NCBI RefSeq assembly: GCF_009914755.1
Contig: NC_060930.1
Direction: 5' to 3' (one strand)
DNA from: the human T2T-CHM13v2.0 reference genome, Homo sapiens
DNA length: 64,000 nt
The first letter of the stretch is position 1. Every line of letters begins with the position of its first letter. Both the position numbers and the translations under genes were made by a program. Positions 1 to 16,375 of this stretch are shown here, in pieces. The notes below the pieces were generated by a model. The model was given only the letters and a program-made list of their open reading frames with translations. It searched no databases and had not been told where the DNA came from.

Positions 1-158
1 CAGAACCAGTGTCTCTGGATCCCCAACCCAGTGTTTCCAGAACAATATTCTGTGTTACATAATTTTATATTTATTTGGCAAACTACATTTTAAAGTTAAA
101 GGATCTAAATATAGAAATAGTTTCGTATATTATCTTTCTTAATATTAAAATAAAATAG

Positions 159-611
<453 letters not shown>

Positions 612-959
612 TATGTTCCTTCCTTTCAAAGAAACATTCATATTTGAATGACTTGACTACATAGAAACCTTGAAGAAAATTCCAAAATGTAGGAAAATTA
701 CAGGCCATGATAACATAATTTAAAACATAATCTAATAAAAGTATAACCAAGCAATAGGAAGATAGTTTAGTATTTAAACCATTTGAATATAAAAGCCTTT
801 TAACCTTTGGTCAACAGAGAAAATCCAATTATATTTACCATTATCTAAACGTAAATTAAGTGGGAAAATACCTACAATGTGAATGTTGATACAGCTGAAC
901 TCGGAGGATCCGAACAGCTTTCAGATATTGAAAGGAGAGAAGACATAACCTAAACTTAC

Positions 960-1192
960 CCAATGTGGGTAAACAGGAGGGTGATGGGGCAAGTGAAGAA
1001 GGACAAGGCTGGAACATCATGCTAATTCTAAGTCAGATTACAAAGTGTTTCAATGCCGTGCAAAAGAAATCTGAATTATTTTTAGATGACAAAAAGAGCA
1101 CATCAGAATTTTTTAAGAAGCAGAGAAGGACTTCTTGGCAACACAGCTGACTGAATTGAGAAGGGCTCTTCTTCCTGCTCCAGGCAGAACTA
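960..1192 (-). other. Candidate non-coding exon (233 nt)
   Basis: Acceptor with long CT tract (tctctgtctctctttccag) and donor TGG|gtaagt; no convincing frame. Confidence 0.3.
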
Positions 1193-1564
1193 CTGGAAAG
1201 AGAGACAGAGAGGACACAGAGAGAGAGAGAGAGATCACAAAGGCAGAGAGGAAGGCAGGCTGACGGGAAACTCCAGGGGTTGGAAAGGCAGAGGGAAGGC
1301 CAACCCGGAGTGGTGAGAACACCAGCTGACTCCGCATCAGCCTAGGGTCCTGGTCCCAGACCCTGCTGTCAAGGCTGAAGGATGGAGCTGAGCATACTTG
1401 CTAATACGAGACACGTGTTTTAGGGCCTGCAAGAGGCAGAAAGCTAGATCTGAGAATCTGTGCATAAGCCATGACCCTGGAAGACACACTTGGAAAAGGG
1501 GTTTACAAAACTTCACCCAAATAAGTGGCAATGAAGCCCAGGGCTCTGGGAGGATAAAAACACA

Positions 1565-3030
1565 CAAAAAATGTTATAATAAAAGTAGTAACTAAAACAG
1601 TGACATACTGGCATAGGGAACAGATAATAGATCAATGGACTGGAATAGAAGCCCTACATAGATATGACATCTTGGTGTACGACAGATACAGCATTCTGTA
1701 TTAGTAGGGAAGGATAGAGTCCTATATAAATGAGACCTAAATGTGAAAAGCAAAGTGTTAACATTTAAGAGAGAAATATAGGAGAATGCTTTGTAACATT
1801 AGTATAGGAAGGCTTTATTTTAAAAGTTCATGAAAAAAAGAACTGATACATTTGTCCCCACTCTATTTAAAGCATCTGCACGTTTAGACAAACTATAACC
1901 CAAGTGAAGACAAGCCACAAACTGGAAGAAGACACCACTGATAAAAGATTAGTATCCAAAATGAGTAAGAAAACTGTAGAAATCAATATGAAAATTCAAA
2001 AAAAGGCCCAAGGGAAAAATTGAGGAAAGACAGAACTAGGCAGGGCACAGAGGAGGTAACCTGAAGAACCACTGGCCGTAAGGAAGATGCTCCACCTCAG
2101 CATGAATCAGGGAACGCTGAGGAACATGGCAAGGCTGCCCCATCTTATAGCCATTTTATTGTGGAAAAATCTAAGATTCCGAAGATACTAAGGGAGAGGA
2201 AAATGCAGAGCAATGAGCACTTCCATAAACTGCCAGTGGCCACGTAGGAGTTTATTTGTATGACCAGATAGAGAGAAATGTGTAAAGAGCTACTAAGGTT
2301 TAGTATTCACATTTCACTGGACCTAGCAACTTCGTACCTATGTTCTAGGGGCACTATTTTCATATGTTCAAGTAAACACGTACAAGGATTTTTAATGCAG
2401 CCTTATTTGTAATTGCAAAAAATTTGGCAACATACAAAATGTTTATCAACAGGACAATGATTACATGCATTGTGGTAGTGTCATAAAAAGGCATGGCATG
2501 CCCCTATTAAAATAAGCATACTAGAGCAATTTTTCTCAAAATGTTGTTCAGGAATAGCAGAATCAGCATCACCTGGAAACGTATTAAAATGTAAATTCGC
2601 AGACCCCACTCAAGAGCTACTGAATCCGAAATGCTGGCAGTGGGACGCAGCAATCCGTGTTTTAACAAGCTCCCTTCCCCCATGTCAGGTTGAGAGCAGT
2701 TATACTGGATTTACCTGTGTCCACATGGATAAGCTTCAAAACCAAAATCTGAGCCACAAAAGCAACTATACAATACAATTAACATAAATCTTAAGACCAT
2801 AAGTAATATATGGACAGAAAGGATATATGCCAACTTTAGGAGGGATGAAGGGGTAATAGAAATAGAAGGGAGAGGATTTCAAATGTACCCATAATATGTG
2901 ATTTACTTGACAAAATGATATGAAGCAGATCTGGAAAACTGTGAGTATTTGTCACATCAGCGTGATAAGTATAGAGGTGTCTGCTAGATTATTCTCTGCA
3001 TTTTTCAGTTAGTTTTGAATATTTCACAAG
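1565..3030 (+). mobile_element. Old L1 (L1ME-like) 3' fragment, interrupted by MER5A
   Basis: aaaacagtgacatactggcatagg...gatcaatggactggaatagaa resembles ORF2 KTVWYW..DQWNRIE; L1M-like 3' UTR to ~3030. Confidence 0.75.
2523..2705. mobile_element. MER5A (hAT-Charlie DNA transposon)
   Basis: ttctcaaa...cagcatcacctggaaac...tactgaatccgaa...gttttaacaagc hallmark. Confidence 0.8.
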
Positions 3031-3059
3031 CATACTGGCACAGCCAAGTCAGTGTTTCT

Positions 3060-4000
3060 GTAGGATAACCACATTGTAAGGGAAGGTGTAAGGCAGGAGA
3101 GATGGGAGGCAGGGGCAACAAGTTCCTATATTGCTTCAGTTACCCAGCAAAGGAAGGGAGCTTTAACTGAGGTCTCAGTTTTCTAGGACTTGATCCTCCA
3201 TTTGGTGCTGGGAGTGAAGAAAAGGGGCAGCCAAAGAAGATTCCAAAATGTGCAGCTATATGGAATGAAATCTGAATCTGAGAAGAAAATGTATGTCCTC
3301 ATTCAATAGTTGGTATTTGATAATAGAGACAGCAAATGGTGGTAAGGCAAGATGAAAATATCACTGACAACAGAACCCTTGGGAAAATAAAGAGGAAGCA
3401 AAAAAAAAAAAAAAAAAAAAAGGAATGCCTTTAGAGGTAGGAAGAAAAAAGGAAGCAAAAGAATTTCTACTGAAGTCAAGAGAGTTTTACAATGGAAAGG
3501 ATCATGTGGTAGAGAAATGTCTAGCAAGCTAAAGACTGAGAAGAGACATGTGATACTAGGAAGAGAATTTGATTATTACAGTCCTCCCTCCAGCCCCCTG
3601 AAATGCTTATTTTATAAGAGATCTTGGAGAAAGTCTATTTCATTATTTGAAAGATTAAATGTGCGATATGGAATTGGCAACAGCAAATATGGACTTACCT
3701 TCTAAGATGTTCTGAGACAAAACATAAACACAGGGGCAGTAACTGGTGATTAAAGTTTAGGAAGAGGTGGGATAAAAATGGAATCATGATCCCGGGTGAA
3801 AGGGTCAGCTTTGGGAAAGATGAGGAATTCTTGCTTCGGGAGAAGAGGTAAGGAGGAGATATCAATACAGTGGGAAGAGATGACGAGATGAGTTTAGGAA
3901 AGTTCAAGGAGCAAATAGCTCCATCCAGCACCAGCTTGGAGGCAAGAGCACATCACAGGTGCCTTCATGCCCTTAAGCGCATCACAGTGGACTTAAGGGG
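3060..4000. mobile_element. Probable L2 fragments
   Basis: Degenerate purine-rich L2-like sequence. Confidence 0.4.
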
Positions 4001-4269
4001 CCGAGGAGAAGAGACAAGGTTGGCACTGGAGAATGGAAAATGGGGTTTGCTAAGAAAAGGTCAAAGAATCACCATCCCATATTTTGAGGAAATTAGGGAC
4101 AAAAATATTTTATATAATGAGTGAGCATAGTTATTTCAAGTAGCCTGATGGCAGAACAGGAGAGGGTAAAAAAGACCTGGGTTCTTCTGAAAGTGAAGAA
4201 TGAGAAGGCAAGCACTCCAATATTTGCATTATCTCAACATACAATGATCTGGAAGATATGCTAGAGCCA

Positions 4270-5050
4270 CCTCCAAAATATACTGAATTTCCATCCATTC
4301 CTCTTTCCCCTCTAGTTCTTCATGCTATGATTTCTCACCCAGAACAAGACAGTAGCAGTAACTATTCTCATTTCCACTATGCTGGCTCCCTAAGACTCAT
4401 TCTCCCTAGAAGCCAGAGTAACTTCTTTGAAACGCAAATCGTATGATTTCACTCCTATGCTTAAAACCATCCAATGGCTTCTCACTGTCCTAGAATGAAA
4501 TCCAAAGATGGACCCTGGGAAGCAGAAAAGATGACAATCAAGAGTTCTTCCTGTCTCTCAAAAAAAGAAAAGAAAAAAAATTATATATATATACGCATAT
4601 TCCTTAAGGTTAAAAATACCCAGTTCGCTCCTTTTGCCAGCACCATATTGACAGCCTCAAATTCTATTCAATGATTTTGAAGAATAAATGTTTTTATAAA
4701 ACTTAAGTAACAAAAAGATCTACTACACAAATTAAATCACTGTTAAGTGTGAACTAGGTAAATTAACTGATAGGAACACATTTACAAGGTATGTATAGGA
4801 TTTATGAAAGCCTATACTCTACTTTTCCTCTAAAAGACTGATTTTTAATTATATTATTTGAGTGATCATTTGATCTATGTCTGTCTCCCCTGTTGGAGTG
4901 TGAGCTTCAACAAGACGAAGATCACCTCTATCTACTTTATTCACAGGATTATCCTTGGCATTCTGCACAGATCCGACATGCTGTAGGGGCTCAGTCAATA
5001 CTGGATGGATTACCGAATAAATGTTAGTTAAATTACTGAATACTCAACGA
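4270..5050 (+). mobile_element. L2 3' fragments (~4270-4510 and ~4850-5050)
   Basis: tcactcctatgcttaaaaccatccaatggcttctc; tgtctgtctcccc...tgtgagc...ggggctcag...gaataaatg. Confidence 0.7.
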
Positions 5051-5137
5051 AGTAGAACAGAAAAGGCTTGGGCAGAGTCCCAGGCAGGATGAAGGACTGC
5101 AGTCCAAACTCTATGATTAAGAAAGTATGAGACTTGC

Positions 5138-5501
5138 TATATTAGTCAATTTTCATGCTGCTGATAAAGATATACCCAAGACTGGGCAATTTACAAAAGA
5201 AAGTGGTTTAATTGGACTTAACAGTTCCACATGGCTGGGAAAGCCTCAGAATCATGGCAGGAGGCAAAAGGCACTTCTTACATGGCAGCGGCAAGAGAAA
5301 ATGAGGAAGATGCAAAAGCGGAAATCCCTGATAAACCCATTAGACCTCCTGAGACTTACTCACTACTGTGAGAACAGTATGGGGGAAACTGCCCCCATGA
5401 TTCAAATTATCTCCCACCAGGTCCCTCCCACAACACATGGGAATTACAGGAGTACAAATCAAGATGAGATTTGGGTGGGCACACAGAGCCAAACAATATC
5501 A
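5138..5501 (-). mobile_element. THE1A solo LTR (ERVL-MaLR)
   Basis: Reverse complement of THE1 LTR with the THE1A-type segment gagaaaatgaggaagatgcaaaagcggaaa; 5-bp TSD CTTGC at 5133-5137 and 5502-5506. Confidence 0.92.
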
Positions 5502-5920
5502 CTTGCTTATGTCACATTATCTTTCTAAGCCTTATTTATCTTGTTTAGCAAATGACATAACATGATCTGCAAAAGCAAATGAAAACGCTGTAGTGTCCCA
5601 TTATCATAAGCTGTGATGACTAACAATTACATGGAACTTAGAGTCAATTTGTTTTCTGACACACTAAAAGTCCTCAGGGTTGAAGAAAGCAACAGCATCT
5701 GCCATTTCATTTTCTGAGAGGCATCCCACATAAAGCAAACAATGTCAGTCACCTGCCATCTCTCTAAAGACCCAGTGTTTGTAAGCCATGAGGCCCCAGG
5801 GTTAGGGGCTCTCTTTAAGGCCTCTCAGACTCTTTAAGGACTTTCAAGCCTAAGCATTTTTACCCAGCAGCATCTCAGAAGCCTCTATCTAATACTAGAA
5901 ATAAGACAGAAGCTATATAA

Positions 5921-6041
5921 GCCCGGGAGGTTGAGGCTGCAGTGAGCCGTGATTGCACCACTTCACTCCAGCCTGGGTGACACAGCAAGACCCTGTCTCA
6001 AAAAACAAAAAACAAAAAACAAACAAAAAACAAACAAAATA
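5921..6041 (+). mobile_element. 5'-truncated AluJ/FRAM 3' end
   Basis: gcccgggaggttgaggctgcagtgagcc...gaccctgtctc plus A-rich tail. Confidence 0.9.
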
Positions 6042-7788
6042 AAGGAAGATAAAGTTTCTTTACAAAAAGAGGCAGAGAAGACTTCATAGAGATATTTGCT
6101 ATTCAAGTGAGAATGCTCAGATCTTCTCATGAGCACAAATCCATTATCAAAATAACTAAGAATCTAAGAATGAGGAAACACCACTGACCTCAGTGACAAG
6201 TCATTAAACTTCAAATAAATACTCATGATGCTTTGCAGATATCATTGTTGTGGCCAATAACAAATAAAATTTAACCCAGCAGCTTTAATGTCACAGCCCT
6301 TCTATTTTTTAAGTGGGTATTTCTACAAACATATCCATTAAACCCCGAGTTTGCCTCAAAATTTTAAAACACAATTTTAAAACATTTACTACCATCACTG
6401 AGTTGTTCCTTTCCAACCTGGTATCCATTAGGGACCCTTTTGTTTGGTTTGGCACAGACAGCCCATTCTATACATACTGATTAAGATTTTACTATAAGAA
6501 CATTTCTTACAGGCAATCCAGTATATATGACCAAATTTGTATATTTTATGTTGCCATATTCCCTGAATATTTAAATGAAAAGCCTCAACAAAAAGAGGAT
6601 TTGAAAAAATGTCAATATGCTAAATTTAGCTGATCTTAAAAACAAGCCTATCTTAGAACATTCTCTCAGGTAAATCATGCATAATTCATAGATTTTTCCC
6701 AAAACATTATATACACATCCATGCATCTCAAATCATTAAAAAATAAATTAGTTTGAAAGTGACAATAGTCAAATACCATCCTGGGATAGAAAAGTTACAG
6801 AGATAGCAAATGTCTTACATTACAAAGGATGTACCTTTGCTATCCCCAGAGCAGTATTTTACGCAGACACTGCTGTATAAAAAAGTCATTAGTTGTTTTA
6901 TTACATCGTTCTGTTTATTTATTTTTAATAAAAATGGTGTAAATCATTAAATTATTCTGAATTTGAAAGGCAATTCTCACTCCTGCTGGAAGCTAGCTGA
7001 GGACTGGATGGCCCTGCTGTTCCTGCTTGCGTGAACTATCCCTCCTGGTGAATTATACAACTAGTTAATATACAAAAGAAAATAGGCAACTCCCATTTGG
7101 CATGTCATTCTTTTATGCCCGAGAGCTCACTTCACATGCAACAAATCTCCACAGCAGTACTGAAAGGGCCTAATGAAGGAACACAGTGATTTAGGTCAGC
7201 CCAGAAAGGCTTTGCTTTCTTCAGTGAAGAGTGTCTTGACAGAAAGCATTTTCTCCGATGTAACATTACAGCTTGGAATCTGCCAAAACAACAGTCGGCA
7301 CCCAACACCGACACCTCTACGTTCACTAAATAGACGTTTTTATTTACTTAATCCAAAACCAGAGTGGTCCAAAGCAGTTAGATAAAGTTGAGTATTTTCC
7401 TCTTTTGCAATTGTAATTGAAATTCTGTTGGTTGAATAAAAACTGGAACTTGCCTTTCTGAGGAATGAATTCATGCCACAGAACTTGTTCAGAATTTGGA
7501 ATGCATTTTCCATATGATGATGGCAGGTGCTTTCTCACGTGTGAGAGGGCGACACTCCTAGGTAAGTCTGGCCACGATCAAATCTCTGTATTTTCTTGGC
7601 ATGCAGCCCTTGTTTAGTGGCCTCCTTGGCCAGCTGCACCGAGGAAGCAGGGACTGCTCTCTGGGGAGCAGGGTGAAGACATCCAGCTCTCAGCCCTCCA
7701 GGGCCTATTTATAATAGAAAAACAGCCTCTGTTCCCTTTTCAATGCAAAGTACTTTCTCATATCACCTTAAAACTTATTTATACTGCA

Positions 7789-8144
<356 letters not shown>

Positions 8145-10345
8145 CTACATTTGGGAAGAAAAGTAGGTTTCATAAAGGAAATTTTAATGAAACAACCATT
8201 TATAAAGACCAATAGCATACTGTTTTCCACTAATATTTTTTCATGATTGAGATCTTAAAGTTTTTCTATAGAAAATAACCCAGTAATTTTACATTTTAAT
8301 TATGTCCCCTTTTATATGTTTTCTTTGTGTCTGACTAATTTAATATTACTTTTTTTTTTCTTATCAGGCCTGGAAGCTACCACTCTTTGGTATTACTTAC
8401 TAATTGTGTTTGTAGCACTTACTGAGATACATTAGCTCAAATTGAAATGGCAACATGAAATGCAATTATGCCTACTTATAGACATTCTAGATGTACATGT
8501 ACCATATTGCCTTAAAGTGCAGTTTGTTTTACCTGCTAGAAAAACTGTGAAACAGGAACACAGACATGTACACAGAACTATACAGAATACAAAAAAAAAA
8601 TGTCTACAGTGTTTTCCTTTCTCACAGTTTTCATGTGATTTAGACATTAAATGTCTTATATGTAAATTCTGCAACTGTAGAAAATGTAGATAATTAAAAG
8701 GGAATAGGAAATCAGAATCTAAGCCATCATTTAGGTTCTCTATATTGTTCATGGACTATTAATAATACATGTATACGACTAAAGAGATCATACTAATAAA
8801 GCCCATGGTCTGGGGAGAGTAAGGGACTAGTACTCACCCCAGACCACTCTAAAGACCACCATCTCATTCTTGTATTAAGACTCCAAATTGGCATCCCTGC
8901 ACCTGAGTCTAACCAGCCCCCCATGATACGTGATCTACAGCTTTGTATAGAAAAAAGGACACAATTCTAGTGAGCACTGTTTCTTGAAAACTGCACTTCA
9001 CATAAAGAGATTTTAATTTTTAATAATTTAAAAGTAATGGAGATTACACTGAAAATGATGATGTCTCAATGAAAATAAGCCTCAGCTAATACAACTCACA
9101 TGGAGTTGTATACAATGGAGAGTTATTTGAAGCACAACACCTTATATTTATGCTGTGTTAGTGAAATAGCACAGAAAGGTTGATGAAAAGTGTTCACTGC
9201 ATGCCAATAAGCCAAACATCACAGGAAGTGTGTAAATGGATTAGGATTCTTAGACGAATCTATCTAGCACAGCAATATGTAACAAATTAAAGTGGAAGAA
9301 TGAAAATGTTACTATCATCACTTTCCTTACAGCTTCTCCTTACTAAAAATGGGTTGTGTCATTTCTTATCACAACAAAAGATTTTCTTGATGGGGATCTG
9401 CTAATATGGTCATGGGAGGGGTGGAAATCAAGCATTAACTATGGAATTTAGCACAAAGTATACCTTTACTCACAAAAGGGGGGAAAACATTTTAGCATGA
9501 AGATTGCTTGGTGCTTATGTTGCACTGCTAACTGCATATTCTAGAAATAATTAATGCTAGTCTCAATTACCAGCATGCAACTCACATTTTCAGCTAAATC
9601 AATAACTGAAATAACAACAAGGGAGAATTCCCCTTATATTATGAATAGGTTCTCAGCCTTATTTAAGCATCAGAATACCTGGGAGTCACAATGTTCTTTG
9701 CAGTTATTGTTATACCTAGTGTCCGTCATAGGTGTTACTAATTTTGTCATGCATAAGTGGCAACAATGTTATTACAAAAATCAAAATTATGAGCATGCAC
9801 ATCCACAAAAGCAGTAAGCAACTGATCTAAGTATGACTGGCTGCCTCTATGCTGTACTGTGATATTCGTGTGTGCTATCTGCTTGCTTGCTAATTCCTAG
9901 CTACACTTTATTAACAAAGGTAGGTTTAAAAACAATTATAGGATAAAAACTTTAAATTTGGAATATATTATCCATTTACTTATTTTTCCTGAAAAATGAG
10001 AAAACATTGCAATTATTCAATTATAGTGATAAAAGATCAGTCTAGCATACGGTGCTATGCACAACAGTACTAACTGTTGGTCAGACGTAATCTTTGCCTT
10101 CGAGGTATTTCCAGTCTGTTAGGGCTGGCACAAATCCTAAACTTTTAAATATGTTTCTCATATAGAGCACAGTAGCACTGACATGGGCTACTTGGCTCAC
10201 TAACCATTGAAGATGAAGAATGCTTCTCAGGGAAAATTATACCTGAAGCAGTTATTAAAACGAGAGCCTGAAAGGAAAGGTGGAAATTATATCCTTGGCA
10301 GAGGAAGCAGCATGACCAAGGCAAGGAGACAAAAAAAGGCATTCC

Positions 10346-10735
10346 AGCTGGGCGTGGTAGCTCATGCCTATAAGCCCAGCACTTTGGGAGGTCGAGGCAG
10401 GCAGATCACTTGAGGTGAGGAGTTCTAGACCAGCCTGGCCAACACGGTAAAACTTCACCTCTACTAAAAATACAAAAACTAGCCAGGCATGGTAGTGGGT
10501 GCATGTAATCCCAGGTACTCCGGAGGCTGAGGTGGGAGAGTCACTTGAACCCAGGAGGGAGAGGTTGCAGTGAGCTAACACCACTGCACTCCAGCCTGGG
10601 CAACAGAGTGAGATTCTGAAGAAAAGAAAAGAAAAGAAAAGAAAAGAAAAGAAAAGAGGGAAAGAAAGAGAGAAAGAAGGAAAGAGAGAGAGAAAGAGAA
10701 GGAAGAGAGAGACAGAGAAAGAAGGAAGGAAAAAG
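10346..10735 (+). mobile_element. AluS with (GAAAA)n/GA-rich expanded tail, inserted in L2
   Basis: Full dimer; near-TSD AAAAAGGCAT(T/A)CCA on both sides. Confidence 0.95.
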
Positions 10736-10935
10736 GCATACCATGGGCGGGAAGCCAAGTGATAGCTTTTCATGACTGGACTGTCAAAGTTCAAGACGAG
10801 TGACTGGAGAAGGTAACTGGACATAAACCAGACTTAGAGGATGGAATAGCAATTATGAATTGGGAGACAAGGCAAATGTTGACAATTTTAGGCATCAGGT
10901 AGTAAAACTGTCCTCATTCTTTTGAAAATTAACCT

Positions 10936-11235
<300 letters not shown>

Positions 11236-11630
11236 TTAACCTAAAAACTAAAATACCAGGAAGAACAATTGTGTTTATAATAATTCCCCAAACTAATTAT
11301 AAATTTTGCAGTAGACAAAAAAATATAAAATATGAAAATAGTAAGTAAAATAGGGAAACATTTCTTAAGACTAATTTCTTCTCTTTCAAACCCTCTTGGT
11401 TGGTTAGTTTTTACCTTCCATCTTGTTGAAATTGACTTTTTTTTTTTCTGAAAAAGTAAACTGAATCAAATTCAGGCTAAGCTTAATGCTACCAATTTAT
11501 TTTCAAAGACAGATAATAAGGTCACGTAGGGCAGTTGTGGGGAAAGGTTAGAAAAAGTGAGTCGCCCTGTATGATAAATGACAGGCTCAATGCATCCGTT
11601 CCTTCCAGAAACCCTCAACACAACTGGCTA

Positions 11631-11963
<333 letters not shown>

Positions 11964-12248
11964 CTAAAACCATCAAAAATGAGACTATATTTTAGACTAA
12001 AATTAGACTAAAACTATAATTTTTCTTTAATTAAATCTATTCATGTAGTATAAGTGGTTAATAGAAAGTATTTCTGATTTGTAATATTATATTGCAGACA
12101 TTAGATTGATGTTTAAAATTGCAAAATTGCAAGAGTGATATACAAAAAAAAGGAATTATTCTAGACAACTAGAGACTCTCCTATATTTAAAATTTAAAAG
12201 CATGGTATTGAATATCCTATTTAGGAGGCCTTTGACAACTATTTTTAC

Positions 12249-12546
<298 letters not shown>

Positions 12547-12688
12547 GACAACTTATTGTTACTTCTAATGGTTTGGGAGAATTCAAATTATATTAGTAAG
12601 TATTTTAGAAATAAAAAGCCATATAGTCATGTTAATATGCTCATAAAATCAGAAGAAATATAAAGTTGATAATCAAGAAAGGGTATAT

Positions 12689-12750
12689 AAGTATTGGTAG
12701 ATGTAAGTGTTGGTAATATAAGTATTGGCAAAGTATTGGTAAGTATTGGT
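12689..12750. repeat. Imperfect AAGTATTGGT decamer repeat (5 copies)
   Basis: Copies start at 12689, 12705, 12720, 12731, 12741. Confidence 0.8.
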
Positions 12751-13634
12751 AAAACTAATTTCTAACTTCAATGTTAAGAAAAGCAACAGTCTTTGAAATG
12801 AGTTGGTTATCGGGTACATTGTAGATTCTGGTTTTACTTATTCAAATTTTTTTTTTTACTTGAATCAGCTTTCTCTTCCTATCCCCCATCTCTAATTATG
12901 TCTAAATGTTCTTTTCTGTTCATGGAGTTATTAAACAAATAAACAAACTCTCTGGGAGCCCTTGACCCTAGGGGATAAAGAAGACTGAGTTCTTCTTTCT
13001 TCCTGAAAAGTACTAGAAAGTTCCTAAAGGAGCTATGTCTGTACTACTAATAGGCTAGGGCCGCATGTGACTGTCAAAAAGGGTCTCTATGAGAGGAGTC
13101 CCAGGAACGCCCTGAAGTATCAATTAAAATGCAGCTGTTTGGTACCACTTGTTCCTGCGGAAACTTAGCAGTGGAGGGTGTTTCTTACCCCAGTAAGCTG
13201 CTTCTTTGCGCTAATGCAGCGATTGCTGTGCCTGAGGGCAGCCCTCCTTCCCAGTCGCCAGTTCCGTCTTTGCACTGCATGTTCTCTCTGATCCTTCTCT
13301 GATCCTTCCCTCCTTCACAGCTGATGACTGAATTCATCTTTGACGTGTGGTCCCTCAACTCAATGTAATCTTGCATGAAAGTTCAATATCTGCCATCTGG
13401 CCAGGTGTCCACTTATCCCACTACCCTTGAACTCCCAGCTCCTTCTCCCTAACTCCTCTGCTGAGTGCCTTGCTGTGGCCCCAGATGTTGCACCATACAC
13501 ATCTGCACACCTATCCAATGAAGCAGATTAAGTCCCACCCACTTCCACTGGACAGAACAGTAGTCTCTTACATCAGACTTAGCTAGATTCCTGTATCACT
13601 ACTCGGTTATATTATATTATTTGAAAACATTTCT

Positions 13635-13963
<329 letters not shown>

Positions 13964-13989
13964 AAACATTTCTTATTGAAACATTCCTC

Positions 13990-14250
13990 ACTTGCATTCA
14001 GTGAATGACATTTATTTGATGCCTACTATATAGCTGGAATTCTGCTGAGCATAGTAGTTAAAGAAATTGCTCAGATATACACTTGCCCTTGAGGAGTAAG
14101 CAAGGCAGTGACTATCTAAAAAGTGAGGCAGAAGTGTAAATAAATGGATAAAAGAGAATGTCCTATGGTGGAAATGCAGTGAAAACAGGAGGTAATTCCT
14201 CCTTAATGGCAAGGTTAAGGATGGAGGGGATGCCAAGGAGGCTCTCAAGA
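13990..14250 (-). mobile_element. L2 3' fragment
   Basis: cattcag...acatttatttgatgcctactat = reverse L2 3' end. Confidence 0.65.
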
Positions 14251-14269
14251 ATACAGATATCTTCCTGGC

Positions 14270-14790
<521 letters not shown>

Positions 14791-15507
14791 GATCATTGCG
14801 TCCTTGATAAAATAATCTTACACTAATCTTAGTTCAAGAGCCTGGCAAGCACCATGCCTACTACATGTTCTTATGTGATTTTGGCATTGAATTTAAAAAA
14901 CTGAATGAAGGAATCATTCTGGTAAACTAAAATGGACAAAAAAACTGGGTTTTATGTTATCTCAAAAATTGTCTACATCATATATTATATTAACCAACAA
15001 TCTTTTAGACTTTAATAGTAGAAGCTGTAGTTATGAATAGATTTATGTATACCATGAAAAAAATGTACGGTAGTTATTCTTTCCTCAATTGTCATTTTAA
15101 ACAGAGCCATTTATTTATTAATACACTTAGCTGGATGCTATAAGTGAATACAATTAGTAAAAGTGATAAAACTAAGTTTATGCACAACTGTGAAAAATGT
15201 GTGGTAGTTGTTTTAAAAACTTGTTTTCATAGGTCAAGAGCTTACAATGCATTCTCCATGAAACAGACTATTCATTAGTTTGAGAAGATAAAACAACACA
15301 TTTATGGAACACTCACATGGTGAGCTAATCAGTTAACAGTCTTACTACATAAAAATTACAAGAATTTTCATTAACAAAATAATAGAAAATTAAAATGTAA
15401 CATTAATATAAGCACTTATCATTACATTAAGTAGTTCTATATACACACACAGACATCCACACTTATGTACACACAAATGCATACATTTACCTCACTGCTA
15501 TTTATAA

Positions 15508-15864
<357 letters not shown>

Positions 15865-16134
15865 TAATAGTAACTATTGCATTTAGCATGTTTCATTCTA
15901 ACTCTAAACTCACAAGACATAGACGTGTAAGTTTAGTACCCTAGAAAACACAGCTACATAATTTGAATTATTCACAACACTTCATCACAACAAAGAAATT
16001 ACTAAATTTGCCATGTATGTGTATACTACACATGGAGTAGTTTCACAAAGCACCATTGTTACTTACGTTATTTCATGTTTTAAATTCTGCCTTCATAGCA
16101 TGGACTTTCAGCTATGCCTCATTTAAAACTTACT

Positions 16135-16375
<241 letters not shown>

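Noticed and set aside
5127-5528. 133-aa ORF
   Set aside because: Almost entirely the antisense of the THE1A LTR.
7538-7556. CTCF-like AGAGGGCG (also CCAACAGAGGGTAG near 39990)
   Set aside because: Only partial matches with key positions mismatched.
9621-9633. GGGAGAATTCCCC as an NF-kB site
   Set aside because: Spacing does not fit GGGRNNYYCC; isolated motif.
10255-10824. 189-aa minus ORF and the many similar ORFs (e.g. 27918-28511, 19304-19657, 55503-55865)
   Set aside because: Translations of Alu and low-complexity tails ([23 protein letters not shown]); not genes.
13185-13376. Minus ORF ending at a GGG|gtaaga donor
   Set aside because: No plausible acceptor upstream; peptide not recognisable.
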